This document shows, piece by piece, positions 57,220 through 64,000 of a DNA stretch of 64,000 bases (the stretch's first letter is position 1; the number at the start of each line of letters is the position of its first letter). The DNA comes from Candidatus Fervidifonticultor sextus (GTDB taxonomy: Bacteria > Sysuimicrobiota > Sysuimicrobiia > Sysuimicrobiales > Humicultoraceae): positions 1 through 64,000 of the forward strand of contig JAVKHQ010000017.1 in the NCBI GenBank assembly GCA_031459875.1, read 5' to 3'. Position numbers and translations under genes: made by a program. The notes beneath the pieces were generated by a model that saw nothing but the letters and a program-made list of their open reading frames with translations, searched no databases and was not told where the DNA came from.

Positions 57220-58146
57220 CTACCCCTCCGTCCGCATGCTGTGCCGCAGGTAGGGGATGATGAGGCTGCCCACCAGGACCAGCATGACGATGGCGATGGC
57301 GGCGCCGTCTGCGAAGCGGTTGCCGCGGAAGGTGGTCTCGAACATGAAGACGCCCGGGACGTCGGTGGAGAAGGCCGGGCCGCTGCCGGTCATGGCGAAG
57401 ACCAGGTCGAAGATCTTCAGGGAGATGTGCCCGAGCACGATGACGGCGCTGAGGGTCACCGGGTGGAGCAGGGGGAAGATCACGTGCCGGAAGACCTGCC
57501 ACTCGTCGGCGCCGTCCACCCGGGCGGCCTCCCACAGGTCCTCGGGGATCCCCCGCAGCCCGGCCAGGTACATGGCCATCGTGAACCCCGAGAGCTGCCA
57601 CGTGGCCGCCAGCACCACCGAGAAGATGGCGATGGTGGGATCGGTGTACCAGCGCGGCTGGAACGGCAGCCCGGCGGACTGGAAGAGCAGGTTGACCCCG
57701 GTGCTGGGGTTGAGGAGCCACTGCCAGGCGGTGCCGGTGACGATGAACGAGATGGCCATGGGGAACAGGAAGATACTGCGGAACAGCGACTCCCCCCGGA
57801 CCCGCTGCTCCAGCAGGACGGCGAGTCCCAACCCGATGGTGATGCACGCGGCCAGGAAGGTCGCGGTGAAGACCAGGGTGTTGCGCAGGTCGATCTGGAA
57901 ACGCGGGGTCTGGAAGAGCGCCAGGTAGTTGGACAGCCCGGCGAACGACAGATCGGGGACGAAGCTGTTCCAGTGGCTCAGCGAGACATAGGCGGTCCAG
58001 CCGATGAAGCCGTAGACGAAGACCCCGACCGCGGCCACCGAGGGCAGGAGGACCACAACCGCCAGGATGCGGTCCAGGTCCAGGTGGGGCCCGCCGACCA
58101 GGGGAGGGGCGGTGACGGCGCCCCTCCCCGCCGAGGCTACTTGCAC
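57220..58146 (-). CDS. Carbohydrate ABC permease (MalF-like); start uncertain
   Basis: F.GL.NY, YLAGLRGIP..L.EAARVDGA; nearest canonical start is the GTG at 58146 inside the SBP 3' end. Confidence 0.88.
   Translation of the reverse strand: MQVASAGRGAVTAPPLVGGPHLDLDRILAVVVLLPSVAAVGVFVYGFIGWTAYVSLSHWNSFVPDLSFAGLSNYLALFQTPRFQIDLRNTLVFTATFLAACITIGLGLAVLLEQRVRGESLFRSIFLFPMAISFIVTGTAWQWLLNPSTGVNLLFQSAGLPFQPRWYTDPTIAIFSVVLAATWQLSGFTMAMYLAGLRGIPEDLWEAARVDGADEWQVFRHVIFPLLHPVTLSAVIVLGHISLKIFDLVFAMTGSGPAFSTDVPGVFMFETTFRGNRFADGAAIAIVMLVLVGSLIIPYLRHSMRTEG
58101..58129. other. 11-bp GC stem-loop right after the SBP stop codon
   Basis: GGGGAGGGGCG-gtgacgg-CGCCCCTCCCC. Confidence 0.7.
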
Positions 58147-59399
58147 ATCTTGTTGGCCACGCAGGCCTGCTGGAGCGCCCGCTGCGCCGCGGCCATGTTC
58201 TTGTTGGTCACGAACAGGTTGACGATGTCGTTGAACTGGGTGGCGAAGCCCTCGGGCGCGGCCGACCCGTGCACTTCGCTGGGGACCAGGGCGTTCTTGA
58301 CGAAGTCCGCAGCCGACGACTGCAGGTAGGCATCGAACTTCTTGAGGTCGCAGTCGGTGCGCGCGCAGATCGACCCCTTGAGGGGGTTGAAAGCCTCCTG
58401 CCCCTCCTTGGAGCCCGCGACCTTGAGCCAGGCCAGGGCCTCTGCCCGGTGCGGCGCCTTCTTGGGCAGGCCAAAGGTGTCGGTCACGACGACAAAGACG
58501 CCGGATGTGCCCGGTGCGGGCGCCCAGCCGTAGTCGGCGCCGGCCTTCCAGCCCTTGGACGTGAAGTAGCCGGCGGCCCAGTCGCCCATGATGTTCATGG
58601 CGGCCTTCCGGTCGATCAGCATCTGGACGGCTGAATCCCACGTGCCGGCGGCGTGGTCGGCGTTTGTATAGCCCAGGATTCGGGCGAAGGTCTCCAGCGC
58701 CTTCTTGACGCCGTCTCCGGTCCAGGGCGTCTTCCCCGTCCACAGCCCGCGGTAGCCCTCGGCCCCCAGGCTGGCCAACAGGATGTCCTCGAAGAGGTGG
58801 GCAGCCTCCCATTTGTTCTTGTCGCCCAGCGACAGGGGGGTAATCCCTCTGGCCTTGAGGGCGTCGGCGACCTTGAAGAACTCCTCCCAGGTCTTCGGCG
58901 CCTGGAGCCTGTGGTCGTCGAAGACCTTCTTGTTGTACCAGAGGACGTTGCCGCGGTGGACGTTGACCGGCACCGAGTAGATCTCGCCCCGGTAGGACAC
59001 GATGTCGATCAGGTCCTTGGGGAACTTGGTCATCCACCCTTCGCTCTTCCACAGAGAGGTGATTGGCTCCATGAAGCCGGTCTTGACCCAGGTGTCGGTC
59101 AGTTCGGCGCCGCCGTGGACCTGGAAGGAGTCGGGAGGGTCGCCGCCCTGCATGCGGGTCTTCAGGACCGCTTTGGCGTTGGTCCCGGCGCCCCCGGCTA
59201 CGGTGGCGTTGATGATCTCCACCCCCGGGTTCTGCTTCTTGTAGATCTGGAACATGGCGTTGAGCCCGTCCGCCTCGCCGCCCGCGGTCCACCAGGAAAA
59301 AATCTCCAGCTTCTTAGCTCCCTGAGCCTGGATGCTGGAGAGTCCCGTCAGGAAGACCGCCAGGGTGAGGAAGACGAGCCAGCGGCTACACCTGGGCAT
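58137..59399 (-). CDS. Glucose/mannose-type ABC substrate-binding protein
   Basis: LEIFSWWTAGGEA, AGGAG.NA..VL.TR...G.PPDSFQ.H, PVNVHR.N, IMGDWA. Confidence 0.9.
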   Translation of the reverse strand: MPRCSRWLVFLTLAVFLTGLSSIQAQGAKKLEIFSWWTAGGEADGLNAMFQIYKKQNPGVEIINATVAGGAGTNAKAVLKTRMQGGDPPDSFQVHGGAELTDTWVKTGFMEPITSLWKSEGWMTKFPKDLIDIVSYRGEIYSVPVNVHRGNVLWYNKKVFDDHRLQAPKTWEEFFKVADALKARGITPLSLGDKNKWEAAHLFEDILLASLGAEGYRGLWTGKTPWTGDGVKKALETFARILGYTNADHAAGTWDSAVQMLIDRKAAMNIMGDWAAGYFTSKGWKAGADYGWAPAPGTSGVFVVVTDTFGLPKKAPHRAEALAWLKVAGSKEGQEAFNPLKGSICARTDCDLKKFDAYLQSSAADFVKNALVPSEVHGSAAPEGFATQFNDIVNLFVTNKNMAAAQRALQQACVANKMCK

Positions 59400-59447
59400 C
59401 GCGGCCTGCCCCCCCTTCGCGGGTTGTGACTGAAAAGTGTGATGCCC

Positions 59448-59541
59448 TTTCTGCGGTGGGCGCAGCCTCTCCTGCCGGGCTCTGGGCCGCTCCATCCGGC
59501 CTGCGCCGGCCCGGCAGGAGCGGCGCTCCCGTCCGACGAAT
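59448..59541. promoter_or_regulatory. Divergent sigma-H-like promoters (AGGA-N18-GAAA towards SBP; AGGA-N18-GAAT towards nth)
   Basis: Minus strand 59473-59448; plus strand 59516-59541. Confidence 0.55.
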
Positions 59542-59552
59542 CGGCGGCGGCG

Positions 59553-60413
59553 ATGCCACCCCGCGTCCGCGCGCCGGTTCCCCCCGACGTGCGCTTCCCG
59601 ACCGGGGAGACGCCGGCTGGAGCCCGGGCCCGCGCCGCGAAGATCGCGGCCCTCCTGGGCAACCGGTATCCCGTCACCAGGCTGCCGCTGCGGCACGAGA
59701 GCCCCCTGCAGTTGCTCGTCGCGACGATCCTCTCGGCCCAGTGCACCGACGCCCAGGTGAACAAGGTCACGCCCGCGCTGTTCGCGCGGTACCGCACGGC
59801 GGCGGACTTCGCCGCCGCCGACCTGCGGGAACTGGAAGGTTACATCCGCTCCACCGGCTTCTACCGTCAGAAGGCGCGGGCGATCGTGCGGATGGCCAGG
59901 ATGCTGGAAGAGCGGTTCGGGGGGGTCGTGCCGCAGACCATGGAGGACCTGCTGCGGCTCCCCGGCGTGGGCCGCAAGACGGCCAACGTGATCCTCGGCG
60001 GGGCCTTCGGCCGGCCGGGCATGGTGGTGGACACCCACGTGCGGCGCATCAGCCGGCGCCTGGGGCTGACCGTCCATGACGAGCCGGCCCGCATCGAGCA
60101 GGACCTGATGCGGCTCCTGCCGCCCGAGCAGTGGTCGGACTTCTCGCTGCGCCTGATCTACTTCGGCCGGCAGATCTGCACGGCGCGCCGGCCCCAGTGC
60201 CCGGCCTGCCCCCTCAGGCGCCTGTGCCCATCGGCGAAGTTCGCCGGCGCGCCGCCCTGGATGGCGGCGCGGCCCCGCCGTCGCCCGCCGTCTGCCCGGC
60301 GGCGCGGAGGAAGGACGGGAAGGCGCGGCAGATCGACCGTACCGGACAGGCCGCGCACCGCGGCCTCCGCGCCACACAGATCGTCGCGCCCAGGTCCATC
60401 AGCGCCTGGTTGA
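59553..60413 (+). CDS. nth: Endonuclease III
   Basis: LLVATILSAQCTD, LPGVGRKTANV (catalytic Lys), VDTHV, C-x6-C-x2-C-x5-C. Confidence 0.94.
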   Translation: MPPRVRAPVPPDVRFPTGETPAGARARAAKIAALLGNRYPVTRLPLRHESPLQLLVATILSAQCTDAQVNKVTPALFARYRTAADFAAADLRELEGYIRSTGFYRQKARAIVRMARMLEERFGGVVPQTMEDLLRLPGVGRKTANVILGGAFGRPGMVVDTHVRRISRRLGLTVHDEPARIEQDLMRLLPPEQWSDFSLRLIYFGRQICTARRPQCPACPLRRLCPSAKFAGAPPWMAARPRRRPPSARRRGGRTGRRGRSTVPDRPRTAASAPHRSSRPGPSAPG

Positions 60414-60993
60414 AGTCGGACGCCCGGCGCCCGGGCAGCAGCACCTCGGCCAGCGCCCACAGGGCGCGGTCGCGCTGCGGGGTGACTCCGCAGAAGACCC
60501 GCTGGAGCACCCGCCGCACGTTGGTGTCGAGGATCGGCGCCCTGCGGCCGTAGGCGAAGGACAGGACCGCGCCGGCGGTGGAGGGGCCGATGCCCTTCAG
60601 GGACAGCAGCGCCTCCCGGGCGTCGGGGACCTGCCCGTTGAATCGCCCCACGACCTCGCGGGCGATCGCGTGCAGCCGGACCGGCCTGATGTTGTAGCCC
60701 AGGGGATACCAGGCCTCGCGAACCGCGTCTACCGGCGCGGCCGCCAGCGCCTCGATGGACGGGTACTGCTTGAGGAACTCGCGGTACTTGGGGACCACCC
60801 GGGCGACCTGCGTCTGCTGCAGCATGATCTCCGAGACGAGGATGCGGTAGGGGTCGGTAGTACGCCGCCACGGCAGGTCGCGCTTGTGGCGGCGGTACCA
60901 GGCGAGCAGGCGGCGCACGAAGGCTCGCCGCCCCGCGGGGGTGGGGAGGGGGGTCGGGCGGGCGGGCGGACGGTGTGGGGGCGCAGGCGGCAT
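60214..60993 (-). CDS. mutY: A/G-specific adenine glycosylase-like protein, short form without C-terminal NUDIX domain
   Basis: RDLPWR...PY.I.VSEIMLQQTQV, LGY..R, GIGPSTAGA, LDTNVRRV, NQALMDLGA.IC...P.C..CP....C. Confidence 0.8.
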   Translation of the reverse strand: MPPAPPHRPPARPTPLPTPAGRRAFVRRLLAWYRRHKRDLPWRRTTDPYRILVSEIMLQQTQVARVVPKYREFLKQYPSIEALAAAPVDAVREAWYPLGYNIRPVRLHAIAREVVGRFNGQVPDAREALLSLKGIGPSTAGAVLSFAYGRRAPILDTNVRRVLQRVFCGVTPQRDRALWALAEVLLPGRRASDFNQALMDLGATICVARRPRCAACPVRSICRAFPSFLRAAGQTAGDGGAAPPSRAARRRTSPMGTGA

Positions 60994-61070
60994 CGTGGAC
61001 GTGGCGGGGAGCGCAAACGCGGCGGGCTCCGGCCGAGCCGGAGCCCGCCGGCACCCCGAGGTGGACCAGT

Positions 61071-61418
61071 CTATGCCTTCGCCGCTTCCGGCTTCCCGAA
61101 GCCGACCCACAGCCCCAGGAGGCCGATGACCAGGTGGATGAGGTTGTAGAGGACGTTCACCGGGAACAGGCCGAGCACGCTGCCGCCCCCCAGGAACCCG
61201 ACGAGGGCGACCAGGGTGTAGATGATCCCGAAGGCCTGGGCGCCGACCTTCACCGAGGTCCCCGTGAACCCCAGATAGGCCAGGATCACACCGCTGATCA
61301 GGTGGATAAGATTGTGTGTCGTGTTGAACTGGAGGGTGATGAATTCGGAGGTGAAGAACCCGATGACGCCGAGGACGATGAGGATGACGCCGACCCACTG
61401 GCAGTACGTCTTTGCCAT
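61071..61418 (-). CDS. DUF4383 family small membrane protein
   Basis: 4 TM; HNLIHLISG and YNLIHLVIG repeats; AGGAGG SD. Confidence 0.82.
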   Translation of the reverse strand: MAKTYCQWVGVILIVLGVIGFFTSEFITLQFNTTHNLIHLISGVILAYLGFTGTSVKVGAQAFGIIYTLVALVGFLGGGSVLGLFPVNVLYNLIHLVIGLLGLWVGFGKPEAAKA

Positions 61419-61455
61419 GGCAGACCTCCTTTCGTCGTCACGGTGCGCCCGTGGT

Positions 61456-61511
61456 ATTCGTCGTCGGCACGGGCCATTCCTCCGGAGGAGTCGACGTGCC
61501 CGCAGCGGAAT
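61456..61511. promoter_or_regulatory. Back-to-back AGGA-N18-GAAT promoters for DUF4383 (-) and ggt (+)
   Basis: Minus strand 61481-61456; plus strand 61486-61511, centred on TCCTCCGGAGGA. Confidence 0.6.
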
Positions 61512-61547
61512 CCACTGTGCACGTCAGCTCTCGAGGTGATGCCGTCC

Positions 61548-63167
61548 ATGCGAACAGGTCGGTCCACCGTGCTCGCCCGCCGGGGCATGATCGCCACCGG
61601 CCATCCCCTGGCGTCGGCGGCCGGTCTGCAGGTGCTGGCCGCGGGCGGCAACGCCATCGATGCAGCCGTCGCGGCGGCGGGCGTCCTGGGGGTCGTGCAG
61701 CCCATGATGAGCGGGCTCGGCGGAGACACGTTCATGCTGGTCTACCGCCGGGGCGAGGGTCGGGTCTGGGGCGTCTGCGCCAGCGGCCCTGCGCCCGCTG
61801 CGGCGACCCGCGGCTACTTCATCGACCGCGGCTATGCCACGATGCCGCTGCGCGGGATGCTGGCCGTCTCGGTCCCGGGGGCCGTGGCCGCCATGGAGGA
61901 GGCGCTCCGGCGCTGGGGCACCGGCCGGTTCACCCTCCAGCGCCTGCTAGAACCGGCGATCCGGTATGCCGAGGAAGGTGTCCCGGTGACGCGCAGGGTG
62001 GCGGGGTGGTTCCGTGAGACGGCGCCCGTCCTGGCCCAGTACCCGTCGTCGGCCGCGGTGTATCTGCCCGGCGGCCGGCCGCCGGAGGAGGGCGACATCC
62101 TGGTGCAGCGCGACCTGGGGGCCTCATTGCGCACGGTGGCCGCGGGCGGGGCCGAGGCCTTCTACCGCGGGCCGATTGCGGAGCAGATCGTCGCCTACAG
62201 CCGCAGCCACGGCGGGCTGTTCGAGGCTGACGATTTCGCGCGGTACAGCGTAGACGTCCACACCCCGCTGCAGACCACGTACCGGGGCCTCACCGTCTTC
62301 GCCACGGCGCCGCCGTCGCAGGGCTTCCTCCTCCTGGAGATGCTGAACCTCCTCGAAGGCTTCGACCCCGTGCCCTGGGGATCGCCCGACGGGATCCACC
62401 GGGCGGTGGAAGCCAAGAAGCTGGCCTATGCTGACCGCCTGGCCGCCGTGGGCGATCCGCGGTTCGTGGCCAACCCCCTCGATGTCCTGCTGGACAAAGC
62501 CTACGCGGCCCGCCGCCGTCTGGAGATCCACCCGACCCGGGCCGCCGAGGCGCCTGGCCCGGGGTTGCCCGCCGAGGTGCCCGGCGACACCACGTACTTC
62601 TGCGCCGCCGACGTTGAGGGCAACCTGGTGTCCTACATCACCAGCCTGTCCGCCATCTTCGGGTGCGGCGAGGTCGTCGAAGGCACCGGCATCATGCTGA
62701 ACAACCGCGCCGGCCGGGGGTTCGAACTGCGCGAGGGGCATCCGAACTGCATCGCGCCCGGGAAGCGGACGATGCACACCCTGACGCCATACATGGCGTT
62801 CCGGGATGACACCCCGTGGCTTGTGTGGGGGACACCGGGCGGCGACGCGCAGCCGCAGTGGAGTCTCCAGATCCTGCTCAACCTGATCGAGGCGGGCATG
62901 GGCCTCCAGGAGGCGATTGAGGCGCCCCGATGGCAGAGTTTCCCGGGGACCGATCCGGCCACGATCGGCACGCCGTTCGAGCTGCGGGTCGAGGACGGCT
63001 TTCCGCCCGAGACGCTGGCCGAACTGGAGCGCCGCGGCCACCGGGTGCGACCGCTGGCGTCTCCCGAGGGCGGCGGAGGCGCGCAGGCGATCCTGGTGGA
63101 TGCCGAGCGGGGGCTGTACTGGGGCGGTTCGGACCCGCGGGTGGACGGCTGCGCCATCGGCATCTGA
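61548..63167 (+). CDS. ggt: Gamma-glutamyltransferase family protein (cytoplasmic, YwrD-like)
   Basis: GGNAIDAA, SGLGGD.F, VPG, DTTY cleavage site, PGKR..HT, GTPGG, SDPR.DG; no signal peptide. Confidence 0.92.
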   Translation: MRTGRSTVLARRGMIATGHPLASAAGLQVLAAGGNAIDAAVAAAGVLGVVQPMMSGLGGDTFMLVYRRGEGRVWGVCASGPAPAAATRGYFIDRGYATMPLRGMLAVSVPGAVAAMEEALRRWGTGRFTLQRLLEPAIRYAEEGVPVTRRVAGWFRETAPVLAQYPSSAAVYLPGGRPPEEGDILVQRDLGASLRTVAAGGAEAFYRGPIAEQIVAYSRSHGGLFEADDFARYSVDVHTPLQTTYRGLTVFATAPPSQGFLLLEMLNLLEGFDPVPWGSPDGIHRAVEAKKLAYADRLAAVGDPRFVANPLDVLLDKAYAARRRLEIHPTRAAEAPGPGLPAEVPGDTTYFCAADVEGNLVSYITSLSAIFGCGEVVEGTGIMLNNRAGRGFELREGHPNCIAPGKRTMHTLTPYMAFRDDTPWLVWGTPGGDAQPQWSLQILLNLIEAGMGLQEAIEAPRWQSFPGTDPATIGTPFELRVEDGFPPETLAELERRGHRVRPLASPEGGGGAQAILVDAERGLYWGGSDPRVDGCAIGI

Positions 63168-63191
63168 GAGGGCGAGGCGCCACCTCGACGA

Positions 63192-64000
63192 CTAACTGCC
63201 GGCCTCCGCCTGCACCTCGAAGGGGCGGTCTGCGGGGAACAGCTCGATCCAGACGGGGCCGGGCGGCAGTACGATGTCCCGTCCGGAGGCGTCCGCAAGC
63301 GTCAGCGGTCCGGCGACGGTCCGCTTCCACGTTCCCTCGGCCATGCGCCCCTCGGTGAGCACGACCAGACGTCCGTGGCCGACCAGGTTGATCCGGCTGC
63401 TCGGGCGGCCGCGGACCAGCTCGTCCCGCCACTGGATGAAGAGGACGAGGATCGACGCCGGTGCGACCTGTATCCCGGCGGCATCGAGGTGCGGCCGGCC
63501 GTCCTGCTCGCGCCGGTAGCGGCGCTGCGCCGCATCGTACCGGTAGCGCACTGCATACAGCGGCCCGTAGTCGAGCGAGACCGCACCAGCGGGCGCGGCG
63601 CTGCGGGGAACGGTCAGGTGCTCGTAGGCGAATCGGTACGGCAGGTATCTCCGCCTGGTCTCGATCGGGCGTGTGCGCAGCGCCGTCTGGAGTCCGTCGA
63701 TGCTCGTATAGAGGTTGTGGGGCATCGGGCGGGCCGGGTCGCGCCAGAACGGTGCCGGTGTCCAGAACTCGTTGATCACGGGCAGCCTCTGGTTGACGAT
63801 CATGGTCTGGGCCTCGGCGCTGAAGCCGGCGTGGACCAGGACCGCCCCCAGGTCCTGCGCCAGCTCCAGCATGTAGCGCCGGACACTGCGGATCGGACCG
63901 ACTACCGGCGGGGCCTGCCGGCAGAAGGCGGTCAGGAAGCGTGTGATGCGCGCCTCGGTCGGTACCGCGAAGACCAGACAGGCATCGGCCAGGCCCGCCT
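63192..64000 (-). CDS. DUF3048 family protein (C-terminal part; runs off the window)
   Basis: GLADA..VF..E..ITRF, GPIRS.R.Y, HAG.S, PHNLY, G..WIE. Confidence 0.85.
   Translation of the reverse strand, partial: AGLADACLVFAVPTEARITRFLTAFCRQAPPVVGPIRSVRRYMLELAQDLGAVLVHAGFSAEAQTMIVNQRLPVINEFWTPAPFWRDPARPMPHNLYTSIDGLQTALRTRPIETRRRYLPYRFAYEHLTVPRSAAPAGAVSLDYGPLYAVRYRYDAAQRRYRREQDGRPHLDAAGIQVAPASILVLFIQWRDELVRGRPSSRINLVGHGRLVVLTEGRMAEGTWKRTVAGPLTLADASGRDIVLPPGPVWIELFPADRPFEVQAEAGS

Noticed and set aside
54706..58329. 1207-aa plus-strand ORF and similar long ORFs (2113-4128, 47220-49661, 49463-51679, 24869-26629, 32625-34421)
   Set aside because: Antisense shadows of well-supported genes in high-GC DNA; no family motifs
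57220..60377. Apparent long N-terminal extensions or fusions (57220-59292, 58137-60377; also 51103-53877, 7777-9279, 6040-7479, 44333-46261)
   Set aside because: Stop-poor alternative frames; real starts with SD or coupling lie downstream
1..64000. CRISPR array, rRNA, intact prophage or defence system
   Set aside because: No regularly spaced repeats, rRNA-like sequence or phage structural/defence genes seen by eye

Overview
A 64 kb chromosomal stretch from a GC-rich bacterium. It is rich in ABC/TRAP transporters and catabolic genes; the lineage cannot be fixed from sequence alone, but gene content resembles Armatimonadota/CSP1-3-like genomes (weak inference). From left to right: (i) the end of a GntR/creatininase/peptide-ABC unit beside an integrase remnant that abuts a rare tRNA-Arg(GCG); (ii) a PaaK-like gene lying between tRNA-Arg and tRNA-Ser(GCT); (iii) an IclR-associated sugar ABC + Zn-ADH + SDR + Ldh_2 operon; (iv) a decayed zone (truncated MBL hydrolase, dead IS481, kdgK pseudogene) leading into a lower-GC island (IclR, ABC, ALDH, creatininase, GSA-like aminotransferase, MlrC); (v) core-like genes (M20 peptidase, DUF309, DUF1844, TAXI-TRAP, Uma2, Dpp ABC with an extra mini-DppB, UroD-like, PLP dehydratase, DUF1028, pseudo-phosphatase, GNAT, BNR+MoaD, DUF1800/DUF1501, IMPase); (vi) a TetR-headed classical menaquinone operon menF-D-H-B-A-E-G with a perfect 22-bp operator and no menC/menI; (vii) M24 peptidase, glucose-type ABC, tail-to-tail overlapping nth and short mutY, DUF4383, ggt and DUF3048. 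The most notable hidden signal is a recurrent AGGA-N18-GAAT promoter motif resembling Firmicute sigma-H, found in correct orientation upstream of several genes. No CRISPR array or rRNA was seen. All family calls are motif recognition by eye and were not database-checked.
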